64,000 nt of DNA from NCBI RefSeq assembly GCF_006345805.1, contig NC_043001.1, forward strand, positions 108,562,001 to 108,626,000, in the 5' to 3' direction. Positions 1 through 11,765 of this stretch are shown here, piece after piece (the stretch's first letter is position 1; each line of letters begins with the position of its first letter). Source of the stretch: Octopus sinensis (taxonomy: Eukaryota). The position numbers and the translations under genes were made by a program. The notes beneath the pieces were generated by a model. It was not told the origin of the DNA and did no database searches. It saw only the letters and a program-made list of their open reading frames with translations.

Positions 1-192
1 TGTGTTTGTCCCCTCAACATCGCTTGACAACCGATGCTAGTGTGTTTACGTCCCTGTAACTTAGTGGTTCGGCAAAAGGGAACGATAGAATAAGTATTAG
101 GCTTACAAAGAATAAGTCCTGAGGTCGATTTGCTCGAGTAAAGGTGCTGCTCCAACACGACCACAGTCAAATGACTGAAACAAGTAAAAGAG
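1..192 (+). mobile_element. SINE family A, 3' half
   Basis: Same tail (aacatcgcttgacaaccgatgct...gactgaaacaagtaaaagag) as full copies elsewhere in the window. Confidence 0.85.
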
Positions 193-199
193 TGTAAAT

Positions 200-480
200 C
201 TTGTACGAGGTATGTTGAGTCAGCAATCGCTGAGAAGAATAAGTATGTTCTAATACTGAAGAGGAAGGATAATCCTTGTGATGCAGATTTGGCTAAAGAA
301 TAAACCTGAGATTCCAGGAATGATCGTTAGGTATTGTTATGTGAAACATTGTAGCGACTTTGAGGCTTTTAGCTATTTGTTGTTCAATGTTAGAGGAAGG
401 GAGGCATAAAATCTTTTCCTTCATACGTGCCGGGATTGTGCCATGCAATTGAAAGGGACTAGTCTGTCACGTCTCTCCTT
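200..480 (-). mobile_element. Degraded LINE (CR1/Jockey-like) RT C-terminal fragment
   Basis: Frameshifted translation ...MFHITIPNDHSWN/QVYSLAKSASQGLSFLFSIRTY resembles the LGITI..NLSW..HI.SLAKSASQ.LGFLFR region of such elements. Confidence 0.35.
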
Positions 481-737
481 GAGAATACATACAAACTTGT
501 ATACATACATACATTCATACATGCATATATACATATATACATATATACATAGGTATCACCTCATATATATATATATATAATAAGATAAGTTATATTTTTA
601 TTTTAAGAAATATTGTTAAATGCTTTTCGATTATTTATAGTTAAAACATGTATTTTTTTTATATATTTACTTGATAATTAGTATAAGTTAAGATAAGTAC
701 ATTTATTCTATTATTATTTATTATTATTTATTATTTT

Positions 738-854
738 AGACCTGATGAGTGACTATATTTTTAAATAGAATTAATTTTAATTCGATTTAATTTGAAATCG
801 AATTGATTTTATTATTATCTATTTGAAAATATAGCCACGAAACGCGCGTAGTCT
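738..854 (+). ncRNA. Type I hammerhead ribozyme motif of Penelope-pLTR type with a long stem II
   Basis: AGAC-CTGATGA-[21-bp stem II, 749-769/818-838]-GAAA-C-GCGC-GTA-GTCT; all core nucleotides present; predicted cleavage after A850. Confidence 0.75.
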
Positions 855-914
855 TTTTACTACTAGTTACTAATTATCGTACTTTATTGAATTGTTTAAT
901 AGAGGTTTTTCTCT

Positions 915-954
<40 letters not shown>

Positions 955-1260
955 AAAATAGTAAAGTGTGAAAAACGACAGAAGGCTTAAATGTTAAAAA
1001 ATATAATATATTTGTGTCAAAATGTATGGAGAATATTGAAAAATTTTTTTCCTTTCCTTAAAATGACATAATTTTAAAATTTTTTAAGAAATTACCGGTT
1101 CGCGTGTAGCTTTTCAAATTTCTTGTGACGTTATGTTTATATTGCATGGAATTATCGTTGTTTTTATTTCCAGGAGATTCTAAATAAGGGGAGGTAGTGA
1201 GTGATTTTTTCCGTCTGTGTAGGGGAGATATCGCTTAAAAAATTTTTTTCCATTTCCTTG

Positions 1261-1915
1261 TTAATTTCTCTGTGTCAGTATGTTCGGATGGTTGAGTCTG
1301 GGTTTGTACTTTTCAATGAAGAATGTTTCCTTGTTCAGTCTCATTTGTGTTGATGATCCGAAAGCACATTGGTAAAATGGGAAGATTAAAAATTGTGGCA
1401 GTAGTTGCTTTGCGCATTTCTCAATGTGCTCACTAAAAGGTATCATTCTATATTCTGGGAATGCAATCTGTTGTCGATGCAGTGTGCATCTGCGCTGAGT
1501 GATAGTCCCGTGGAACCCACGTAGTCTTGGTGGCAGCCCGAGCATTTAATAACATAAATTATGTTTTCAGAGGCACAAGTAAAGTTAGATTTGATCTTAA
1601 ATTTCTGTCCCTCTTTAAAGAAGAATTCTGATCCTTCCAATAGGTTAGGACATGTTGCCACAGTTCGATCTACCACATTTTTTTACTTTTGCATCCGTAA
1701 TTTTAGAAGACAATTTTGCCTTTGTGAGAATCTTTTTAAGTGATTTAGGCTGTTTGTAGCTTTTAATGATTTGGTGTATGTTTAGAATTTCCTTTAATTT
1801 TGGGTTTTTATGAAGTAACGGAAGTTAATTAGTCCGATAATGATTTCTGAAGTTACACTTAAAAGTTAAATCGTTAACGAAAATGTCAACTTTGTTATTT
1901 AATGATTTACGGATT
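1261..1915 (-). mobile_element. Penelope-like element 3' fragment, GIY-YIG endonuclease (frameshifted)
   Basis: Joined frames give KSYKQPKSLKKILTKAK..KKCGRSNC-TCPNL..SNFTCASENIIYVIKCSGCHQDYVGSTG..RRRCTLHRQQI..RLNKETFFIEKYKPRLN; IIY/YVG motif with CCHH cysteines. Confidence 0.88.
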
Positions 1916-2064
1916 AAGGGTTTAGTGCCCAGGTTTGCCTAATATATACACACACACGCACGGGGAAAAACACACATTCACATTCGCACACACAAATATA
2001 AAAAGTGGACCGAAATTTAGAGGAAAGTATCGTTCTCAGGGACGCCATCTCTCCTTTATATTAC

Positions 2065-2132
2065 CGTTTATGAATTTTCTCATCCAAGCTCTGTCCAACG
2101 TATGTTGTTACTTGATAGTCAACACCGCAAGG
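2065..2132 (-). CDS. Arrestin exon PCGVDYQVTTYVGQSLDEKIHK(R)
   Basis: 68 nt, cttccag|...|gtaata; CGVDY and KIHKR arrestin motifs. The next exon is not in the window. Confidence 0.95.
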
Positions 2133-2229
2133 CTGGAAGTACAAAAACAGACAACTTAATATCATTCTCAGTTTCCAGTGAGTGTGAAAAAACACAAAAA
2201 GAAGCTTTCAAATAAAGAACACAACGACT

Positions 2230-2545
2230 AAGAATATTCTTTTCTACTCTGGGCACAGGGCCCGGGGGAGGGTACCAGTCGATTAGATCGACCCCAGTGC
2301 GTAACTGGTACTTATTTAATCGACCACGAAAGGATGAAAGGCAAAGTCGACCCCGGTGGAATTTGACCTCAGAATGTAGAGACAGACGAAATACCCCTAA
2401 GTATTTCGCCCGGCGTGCTAACGTTTCTGCCAGCTCGCCGCCTTAAGATAATCTTTTCTAGTCTAGACTCAAGGCCCGAAGTTTTTGGCGAGGGTGCCTG
2501 TCGATTAGATCGATCCCAATGCGCAACTGGTGCTTAATTCATGTT
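2230..2545 (-). mobile_element. SINE family B (Meta-domain-like core) copy plus partial copy
   Basis: Core cgaccccgaaaggatgaaaggcaaagtcgacc and tRNA-like head gccagctcgccgcc, found many times in the window. Confidence 0.8.
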
Positions 2546-2845
2546 CCAGTGACTTGATTTGCGGCCACGCAGAAGACACCTGCCCAAAGTGCCACGCAGT
2601 GGGATTGAACCCGGAACCATGTGATTTGGAAGCAAGCTTCTTACCACACAGCCACGCTGCGCCTATTTGTTGATAAAGTTGGGAAAGAAGCTGCCACTTC
2701 TTTGCTGAGAGTTTCATCAGGTTCTGTTACTTGTAAGAGATGCAATTCAGAGCGATTCTTAAAACACCTCAACCATGACTTACCCCAAACTTGGATTTTT
2801 GTTTAGGTCAGCAAATATACTTTTAGATCTGTATCTGTATTGTAT

Positions 2846-3185
2846 ATGGCTCAGTGGTTAGAGTGTCGGGATCACACTTATGAGGTAGCGGGTTCGATTC
2901 CCGGACCGGGCTGTGTTTTGCGTTCTTGAGCAAGACACTATTTCACGTCGTTCCAGTTCAGTTCAGTGAGCTGTAGAAATGAGTTGCGACATCACTGGTG
3001 CCAAACTCTATCGGTCTTTGCCTTTCCCTTGGACAACATCCGTGGCGTGGAGAGAGAAGAGGGCTGATATGCATGGGCGACTGCAGGTCTTCCATAAACA
3101 ACCTTGCTAGGACTTGTGCCACGGAGGGTAACTTTCTAGGTGCAATCCCATGGTTATTCATGATCGAAAGGGTCTTTACCCTATA
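2846..3185 (+). mobile_element. tRNA-derived SINE family D
   Basis: A-box tggctcagtggttag and B-box ggttcgattcc followed by a non-tRNA body; single copy here. Confidence 0.7.
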
Positions 3186-3396
3186 TACTTATATGTATGT
3201 AAATATTGTATGGAGGGAACACAGAGTTATGTACGTAGATTGGTAAATATGTAGGCCGATATATAAATCCATAGATAGCTAAAGAGATTGATAGGCCGAA
3301 ACAAAAGCAGTTAGATATATGTAGTGACAGGATGAGGAAGTGTGAGTTTTGTCTTGAGAGTGTATATTCAATAGATATTGTGTTCTCTTTACTTAC

Positions 3397-3456
3397 CGCT
3401 CCATCGTCACCTTCAGATGGTTGGATGCACACTGTATCAGGAGTGGTGGTTGGCAG
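3397..3456 (-). CDS. Arrestin exon LPTTTPDTVCIQPSEGDDGA
   Basis: 60 nt, ttgcag|...|gtaagt, phase 0/0; equivalent to beta-arrestin [20 protein letters not shown]. Confidence 0.93.
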
Positions 3457-3654
3457 CTGCAATGAACAAGAACATTAATGTTTAAACCAAGCGTCACAAT
3501 GATCACCTGAGTACATACACATACACACAAACACAAGCACATACATCTATCATCGATGAAGCATACGCAATCTTAGGGTTCCAAATTTAATCGACGTCAA
3601 GTCGACTTTGCCTTTTGCCCTTTCGGAGCCACTAAAATAAGTACAGAGCCTTGG

Positions 3655-4040
3655 TGGAGGCGCAATGGCCCAGTGGTTAGAGCAGCGGACTCGCGGTCAT
3701 AGGATCGCGGTTTCGATTCCCAGACCGGGCGTTGTGAGTGTTTATTGAGCGAAAACACCTAAAAGCTCCACGAGGCTCCGGCAGGGGATGGTGGTGATCC
3801 CTGCTGTACTCTTTCACCACAACTTTCTCTCACTCTTACTTCCTGTTTCTGTTGTACCTGTATTTCAAGGGGTCGGCCTTGTCACTCTCTGTGTCACGCT
3901 GAATATCCCCGAGAACTACGTTAAGGGTGCACGTGTCTGTGGAGTGCTCAGCCACTTACACGTTAATTTCACGAGCAGGCTGTTCCGTTGATTCGGATCA
4001 ACCGGAACCCTCATCGTCGTAACCGACGGAGTGCTTCCCC
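3655..4040 (+). mobile_element. tRNA-derived SINE family C
   Basis: Head ggaggcgcaatggcccagtggttag...gtttcgattcc; near-identical to 19142-19520 (-) and 27528-27882 (+). Confidence 0.85.
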
Positions 4041-4109
4041 CACAGAGCCTCGACCCGGCTGCTTCAGGATTTCCCCAAGGATTTCCATAGAGACAAAGGT
4101 TTTTGAGTC

Positions 4110-4210
4110 CATCATTGGAAAGAGAATGTTCGTATGCTTCAAGTTCAGGGTAACGCCTAAGAAATTTGCGGTTTTGATGTTGTTACAGAAAGAGATGCCG
4201 AGGTCGACAT
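4110..4210 (-). mobile_element. Possible Penelope RT remnant
   Basis: DLGISFCNNIKTANFLGVTLNLK resembles the PLE RT motif K.VNFLDVTLNL; very short. Confidence 0.3.
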
Positions 4211-4280
4211 GTGTGTGTGTGTGGATTGTTTATGACAAAGGAAAATGTACTTGATGCATAGAGTAGAATATATACGCGTG

Positions 4281-4341
<61 letters not shown>

Positions 4342-5134
4342 TGTGCGTGTGTGCGTGTGCGTGTGTATGCTTTATTGAAGGTTGAAGTTAATTGAATCTT
4401 AGCTCTGAGTTTTACGATACCGATTATTCATACGACTGAAGTATGAAGCAACATGGCGACTTTATAAGCAAAAAAAAAAAAATAGTAATAAACGGGGAAT
4501 TAGTGATCACGTATTCTCGATCGGTGGCAACGGTTATATATAGTTCTCAAAATAGTTAATACAAATAAATAAGTCTTAACATGTTAAAAATAGAAAAGAA
4601 AAATCAATATGTTGCTATATTTGTAAGCCAATAGAAAAAAATGTACTTGAAAGGCTATAAAATAATCGTGATATGGGAAATTCCATTAATACTAAAGATA
4701 ACTTCACAGCATAATTATCACAAAACTGTTATATTAGTCATTGTTAATCTCATCAAATCAATACATCATGTGATGATGACGTCGAGTGCATGGTGATTAG
4801 CATGGCAAATATTAATCTGATCAGAAAGAGGAGCGGATTCGCTTTGGGATGCAGAATTGTAATAAAATTATACACATGTAACCTAAGTGTCGCAGCAGCA
4901 TTCAGCGTCCTGATTAGCGCGAGATAAACTAAAATCGATGAACGCTGCAACGAAAGAAATTGTAGATTACGAGTCAACGAGGGAACCTTCTTCCAACCAC
5001 ACCCTTGCATTTTACGAAAGGCACATTAAATACATCCGTCCGAAGCTCGCATTTCGTTTCGAACGACGGGTTTGTTATTGCTCAGAACCGTGTACTGCTG
5101 TGCTTATAACTTAAAAAAACTATTTTATCTATCT

Positions 5135-5563
5135 AGGCGTAGGAGTGGCTGTGTGGTAAGTAGCTTGCTTACGAACCACACAGTTCCGGATTCAGTCCCA
5201 CTGCGTGGCACCTTCTACTAAAGCCTCGGGCCGACCAAAGCCTTGTGAGTAGATTTCGTAGACGGAAACTGAAAGAAATCCGCCGTATATATATATACGA
5301 TGCTGGTGTGTTTATGAATATATATATATATATAAATATATATATACATGTGTGTGTATATGTTTCTGTGTCTGTGTTTGTCTCTCCAACATCGCTTGAC
5401 AACCGATGCTGGTGTGTTTACGTCCGCGTAACTTAGCGGTTCGGCCAAAAAGACCGATAGAATAAGTACTAGGCTTCCAAAGAATAAGTCCTGGGGTCGA
5501 TTTGTTCGACTAAAGCGGTGCTGCAGCATGGCCACAGTCAAATGACTGAAACAAATAAAAGAG
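5135..5563 (+). mobile_element. SINE family A, full copy with internal microsatellite
   Basis: tRNA-like head ggagtggctgtgtggtaag...ggttcagtccc, internal (TA)/(TG) tract, family tail. Confidence 0.88.
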
Positions 5564-5604
5564 TATCTAAATTACAATTACTCAAATTCACGTGACCGGT
5601 CATC

Positions 5605-5928
5605 AAATCGACCCCAGGACTTATTCTTTGTAAGCTTATTCTATCGGTCTCTTTTACCGAACCGTTAAGTTACGGAGACGTAAACACACCAGCATCAGTT
5701 GTCAAGCGAAGTTGGGGAGACAAACATAAGACACACACACACACACACATATATATATACATACATATATACGACAGGCTTCTTTCAGTTTCCGTCTACC
5801 AAATCCACTCACAAGGCTTTGGTCGGCCCGAGGCTACAGTAGAAGACACTTGCCCAAGGTGCCACGCGTTGGGAATGAACCCGGAACCATGTGGTTGGTA
5901 AGCAAGCTACTTACCACACAGCCACTCC
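5605..5928 (-). mobile_element. SINE family A, inverted copy
   Basis: Reverse complement of the preceding copy; lacks the extreme tail. Confidence 0.88.
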
Positions 5929-6509
5929 TTATATATATATATATAGTGTGTGTGAGTTAGTTGAAAAATCTGGGGTTGAATTGGAAAAAGAAAATACCGT
6001 GTTATGTTGAATCTATACGTGTGTGTTTACGCGTGTGTGATGAATTTTTGGTCTGGGTTTAGTTGAGAGAGAGGAATCTCCCACGTGGGAAAAAAGAAAA
6101 AAATGAATGACTTTTCTTCTTGCTTTCCTTCCTCCTCTAACCAAGCCTCCAAAAATTCCCCACACATACATAATTACATAGGCTTCTATAAATAGCAGGC
6201 AAAGATCTGTTAATCATAGCATTTTCCCTAAATCAAAATGACAAGTTGAAATTCCTGACTCTACCTTTACCGCCAGGTCAACATTATTTCTCATTCACCG
6301 CAGCTAAACGAAATTAACAATTAACTATTTTAACCTCTTAAATTTTACACACTGCAACGTTAAACAATTTTATAATTTATGTTTTATACTGTTATATTAT
6401 GAGTACAGTATTTTCTGTAATTCTGTTACTGTTTCTCATGTTCATTTGCGATGTTTATAGTTCCAATATTGTAACATATACAATATTTATTTCTACTGAC
6501 CAGTTGATC

Positions 6510-6800
6510 AATAGGGGCGATCTAATCGACTAGCACCCTCTCTCAAAATTTCTGGCTTTGTACCTAGAGTAGAAAAGAATATTTTTTTTCTAATTTTGGC
6601 ACAGGGCCAATAATTTTAAGAGGGTGTAGTCGATTATATCGACCTTAGTGCTCAACTGGTACTTAGTTTATTGACCCCGAATGGATGAAAGTCAAGGTCG
6701 ACATGAGCGGAATTTGAACTCAGTACATAAAGAGACGGAAGAAAATGCTGCTAAGAATTTTTCCAGCGTGCTAACAATTCCCCCAGCTTAACGCCTTTAA
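6510..6800. mobile_element. SINE family B, tail-to-tail pair (plus-strand tail, minus-strand copy)
   Basis: cctagagtagaaaagaat followed by a minus-strand tail, core and head. Confidence 0.7.
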
Positions 6801-8099
6801 TCTTGTTATAAATTGCAAAAGATTTCTTATTTCAAAATCCATTGCGGGTTTGCATGTTACCCCCAAACCAGCAGCGTTATACTATTGACACTTGCGTCAT
6901 AGTTTCTCCATCGCTAGATTTTGTCATTGGGAGAAGGAATGTGGATGTAGTAACAGTTCTTGATGACAGACTGGCAGTTCGTTATTGACATCGAATATCA
7001 CAACATATTTGACTGCTATCCTCGACAAACTAAAGTTCTGGCAATACAGGTTCTGCGACATAGTGAGATCTAGCGGAGGGGTGGTTTCAATCTAGTTTAT
7101 TCCGTACTGAAACATCTGCTTCACTATCTGTAGTAGCGGGTGCCTCCAAGCCAAGCAAAGAGCTTGATGTATATCGGAACTATCGGATTGGATTTCTTAC
7201 AAAAATGAAAACCGTTATGAATTAAGAAGGGATGAAGAAGTGAGCGAAGGAGTCTGACATTCATAACGTCTAAATTCTTTGTTCTGTTTGAAATCTACCA
7301 GATTGGTTTTGGGTGCTTTTATTGGTGAATTTTGCGCAAGAATCGGGTCAGATCTTTGCTCTGGGGTTGCTATCCCCACTCTACTAGTCTCAGAAGCTCT
7401 GAGAGCAGTCCTAACTGCTGCCATTTTCCCACCGATGAAGTCATTTTTGTAATAAAAGACGGAATAACTTAAATTAAAATGGCTGTACCTGAAAATCGAA
7501 ACCGAAGCGCAGGGTTACTTTTAGAAAAATTCCATTCTACTTTACAGTGATTTTCCATCGAAATTCGTGATTACATGATTTACAAGGTCAGTAAGTTAGT
7601 GATATCTTGCAGTTTAATCAGTCACATCAACCGTGTAGAAATATGCGTATAAGAAGATTTTAATGTATTATAATACATAACCTCAATTGTTGCTAACGAA
7701 ATCATGTGATTTTTTTTTATATTAATCTTATAATACGCATATAGACTAGCTTTTAATACTATCCTAACATAATCTAAAAGTACAATCTAAATCCAAGTAG
7801 ATATTTTACCGCAAACAATTTTTGCTATAATCCTTAGACATCAAATTCAAGATTTGAAAATGTGGTAAGTTCATGTGAAGCAGTAAAATGACGTCAGATT
7901 CAAAGGATTAAGACATACTGTTAATCTTTGTGCATGGAAGAAAATACTGAAAGGTAGAAGGAAAAGTTGGACGATTCTGTAAGATATACTATCAGACATT
8001 CGCTGTTGTAAAGTTTGATTTATATAGGTATAAATTAGTATAAATTAAAGAACACATAACAAAAACTATTAAAAAACTATTTATATAGCATTTGTCAGA

Positions 8100-8135
<36 letters not shown>

Positions 8136-8699
8136 ACACACACACCACACACACACACACACATACACACATATATCAGAGTAAGCACATAACTGCGAAA
8201 CAAGGTGGAAAAAATAGTACTCGAATACCAGAGGTAGAGTAATATGCAGTAAGAATAAATAAGTTACTGGAATATAAAGATCGAGCGAAAGGGAATGGGC
8301 GAAACCCGAAACGATAAGATTAAGAGACAAAATCCGATTTGCATGGATAAGCTAGGTTTGGGAACGGCAGTTTTGCATGGTTTAGTGAAGAGAGAAAACC
8401 GTTTGGTTCTGGTGGGAATCTGCTGATTTTCATGGTTTGGTTAAGAGGAGAAAGAAAAATCTACTTTACGGGTCATCTATCACTTTTCTATTTCGCGATA
8501 AGCTTATCGTAAGGTCTTTCGACGGAGCTGTGCGACGATCCTAATGGTTAATATTATAGTGTGTTCCCTGACATTTAATAAATAAGTAGTAAACTATTTG
8601 GTAGGACTGTGTACCAAACAGGATTTGTTTTGGTTTTGATATCACAATGATTTACTGTGTGATAATTTTTAAAAAGTAATTAGTCGATTCATGCTGATA

Positions 8700-9150
8700 A
8701 TATTGGTTTCAGATTTTGACACGAGGCTAACAATTTCATATAGGGGAAGAGTTATGTCGTTTACATCGACCCTAGTGCTTAACTGGTACTTATTTTATCG
8801 ACCCACCCCCGAAAGGTTCGAAAGGCAAAGTCAGCCTTAGCGGAATTTGAATTCAGAGCGTAAAGACGAACAGAATGCTGCTAAGCGTTTAGTACGGCGT
8901 TTTAACGATTCTGTCAGTTCGCTTTTTTTTCATGCAGATAACATTGATTTCAAATTTTTAGCACTAGGCCAGCAATTTCGGGGAAAGGAATAAGTCGATT
9001 ACATCGACCCCATGCCTCAACTGGTACAGAATTTATCGACCTCGAAAGGATGAAGAACAAAGTCGATCTCGGCGGAATTTGAGCAGAGAAGATTTTGATG
9101 AACGAAATACCGCTAAGCATTTTGCCTGGCATTTTAACGATTCGGCCAGC
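8700..9150 (-). mobile_element. Two diverged SINE family B copies
   Basis: Two successive core and head units. Confidence 0.75.
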
Positions 9151-9208
9151 ACGCCATTTTATTTTTATCTTGTAGACAACATTTAAAAACAGAAAATAGC
9201 AAACTCAC

Positions 9209-9450
9209 GTCGAAATGGAATGGAACAGCATTTGACCCAATCTTGGCAAGAAGTCGAGCCTGTAGTTTGGTGAGTGGGTGTTTGTTTTCTTCTAGTGGAG
9301 GGTACAACTGCATTTGTTTCACTGCGAAGTCCTTTCGGAATGACATTCCCATCACATCCATGTCTTCTCGTCCATATCGGAAAGCAACGACAATTATGCC
9401 AAACACCTTTCGATTCTTAAGATACTCGGGATCAATGACAATGATACCAT
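9209..9450 (-). CDS. Arrestin exon DGIIVIDPEYLKNRKVFGIIVVAFRYGREDMDVMGMSFRKDF...NAVPFHFD (N-domain, finger loop); visual arrestin / beta-arrestin-like
   Basis: 242 nt, ttccag|...|gtgagt. AFRYGREDxDVxGxxFRKD is the arrestin signature. The residues recall squid visual arrestin (from memory). Confidence 0.97.
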
Positions 9451-9575
9451 CTGGAACAATAAGTAAGAAGTCGACACAAAAATTATCACATGATATATCG
9501 AACTTGAAACGTAAGGCAAATACACAATTAAGGAATCTCAGGTGAATCTCTTAAGTATTTGACCGTTTTACTCAC

Positions 9576-9636
9576 CGATGTTGTCTACCCATGTTCCGTG
9601 GTCGTAATAATCTCGTCGTCCCAGATAGGTTGTCAA
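9576..9636 (-). CDS. Arrestin exon LTTYLGRRDYYDHGTWVDNI(D)
   Basis: 61 nt, ttcag|...|gtgagt; corresponds to beta-arrestin LTVYLGKRDFVDH; phases fit both neighbours. Confidence 0.95.
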
Positions 9637-10286
9637 CTGAATTAAAGAAAGATTTCATTATCAATATGAATGTATGTATCTATGTATGTATGTAGGTAAT
9701 TTACAAGATAAGGGCAAAAGAAAAATTCTAGTGCCAAATATGCCGAAAAAAAGACAATAATTGTCAATAAACCATTATAATTTATGCGTCTCGAAACAAA
9801 CCGATAGAAATCTCTAAAAAATTCGTTATTACCGTATTGGTCCAATTTCGGGGTTAATTCGTAAGAAATTTTTCCCTCTTCAGCGGCAAATACGCGAGAT
9901 ATAAGTGAAATACTTACTCATACCCATGGAAAAAGCAAGCACTATGTATGTATGTATGTATGTATGTAGTATGTATGTATGTATGTATGTATGTATGTAT
10001 GTATGTATGTATGTATGTATGTGTGTGTGTATGTATGTATGTATGTATGTATGTATGATGTATGTGTGTATGTATGTATGTATGTATGTATGTATGTATA
10101 TATGTATGTATGTGGGTGGGTGTGAATGTGTGTCCATTATATTTTTGTACACACACGTACACATATTCACACATATATGTATTTGATATATCGAGATATG
10201 CATACCACTATCTATACTAATATACGTATAATGTTATACTGATGTGTGTGTGTATGTGTGTGTATGTGTGTGTATGTGTGTGTGTG

Positions 10287-10359
<73 letters not shown>

Positions 10360-10361
<2 letters not shown>

Positions 10362-10525
10362 TATTTCTTTATTGCTCACAAGGGGCTAAACATAGAGGGG
10401 ACAAACAAGGACAGACAAAGGGATTAAGTCGATTAGATCGACTCCAGTGCGTAACTGGTATTTAATTTATCGACTCCGAAAGGATGAAAGGCAAAGTCGA
10501 CCTCGGCGGAATTTGAACTCAGAAC
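10360..10525 (-). mobile_element. SINE family B, partial (tail type 1)
   Basis: tatttctttattgctcacaagggg...core. Confidence 0.75.
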
Positions 10526-10970
10526 TCAAAAGTATGCGGTTACAAAATGGTAGTGGATAAGACATGATGAAAACGTAGAAGGAGAAAAAATAGTCACTAA
10601 AGAAAATCTACAGCCATTTTGAATTCAGAAAACGATTCAAAAATTTAAATTGTGAATATTATGTTATCTGATTTAAAGCTTGTTCTTAATAACTTAGGAC
10701 ACTGGGGGGAAAAATCTGGCATTGACGATACTAAATTTTAGTTAGTTGTTATTTGATATACTGCGCTGCCACATAACCTCCGCCTCTAATACCCTTGAGG
10801 AGAATTCGAACAGAGTACTTCGATGAGTTCTTTCTGGTTGGACAAGAATGACTCTTACGAGAAACAATGGGTCCTTGTCACTATTTCCCCATCATTTGAT
10901 TGCTAGTAATTTATGAACTGCTCTCCAAAATATTTTCAAATTGGATAATAAAAGATTCTTTTCTACTTCT

Positions 10971-11374
10971 AGGGCGTAGGAGTGGCTGTGTGGTAAGTAG
11001 CTTGCTTACCAGCCACATGGTTCCGGGTTCAGTCCCATTGCGTGGCACCTTGGGCAAGTGTCTTCTACTATAGCCCCAGGCCGACCAAAACCTTGTGAGT
11101 GGATTTGGTACATGGAAACCGAAAGAAGCCCGTCGTATATATGTATATATATGTGTGTGTTTGTGTGTGTGAGTGTGTCTGTGTTCCCCCCACCACCAAC
11201 ATCGCTTGAAAACCGATGCTGGTGTGTTTACGTCCCCGTAACTCAACGGTTCGGCAAAAGAGACCGACAGAATAAGTACTAGGCTTACAAAGAATAAGTC
11301 TTGGGGTCGATTTCCTTGATTAAAGGCGGTGCTCCAGCATGGCCGCAGTCAAATGACTGAAACAAATAAAAGAG
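10971..11374 (+). mobile_element. SINE family A, full copy
   Basis: Head, internal microsatellite and tail. Confidence 0.88.
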
Positions 11375-11765
11375 TACTCTAGGCACAAGGCCCGAAATTT
11401 TGGGGAGGGAGCCAGTCGATTGGATCGACCCCACTACGCAATTGGTACTTAATTTATCGACCCCGAAAGGATGAAAGACAAAGTCGACCTCGGCAGAATT
11501 TGAACTCAGAACGTAGCGGCAGACGAAATACCTATTTTTTTACTACCCACAAGGGGCTAAACACAGAGGGGGCAAACAAGGACAGACAAAGGGATTAAGT
11601 CGATTACATCGACCCCAGTGCGTAACTGGTACTTAATTTATCGACCCCGAAAGGATGAAAGGCAAAGTCGACCTCGACGGAATTTGAACTCAGAACGTAG
11701 CGGCAGACGAAATACCGCTGAGCATTTCGCCCGGCGTGCTAACGTTTCTGCCAGCTCACCGCCCT
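11375..11765 (-). mobile_element. SINE family B dimer
   Basis: Two cores joined by the fixed junction gaaatacc|tattt...ctacccacaagggg. Confidence 0.85.

Noticed and set aside
200-2060. Search for the next arrestin exon (NSV.L.IRK)
   Set aside because: Not found; it presumably lies left of the window.
3655-3730. tRNA-like A/B-box segments (also 2846, 5135, 62908)
   Set aside because: They are SINE heads continuing into repeat bodies; no complete cloverleaf.
6080-6200. CCCACGTGGG palindrome plus TATAAATA on the plus strand as a promoter
   Set aside because: No downstream exon or ORF evidence; such motifs are common in AT-rich DNA.
9880-10465. Long ORFs of [16 protein letters not shown] type here and throughout the track
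   Set aside because: Translations of (TATG)n, (TA)n and (CA)n microsatellites; not genes.
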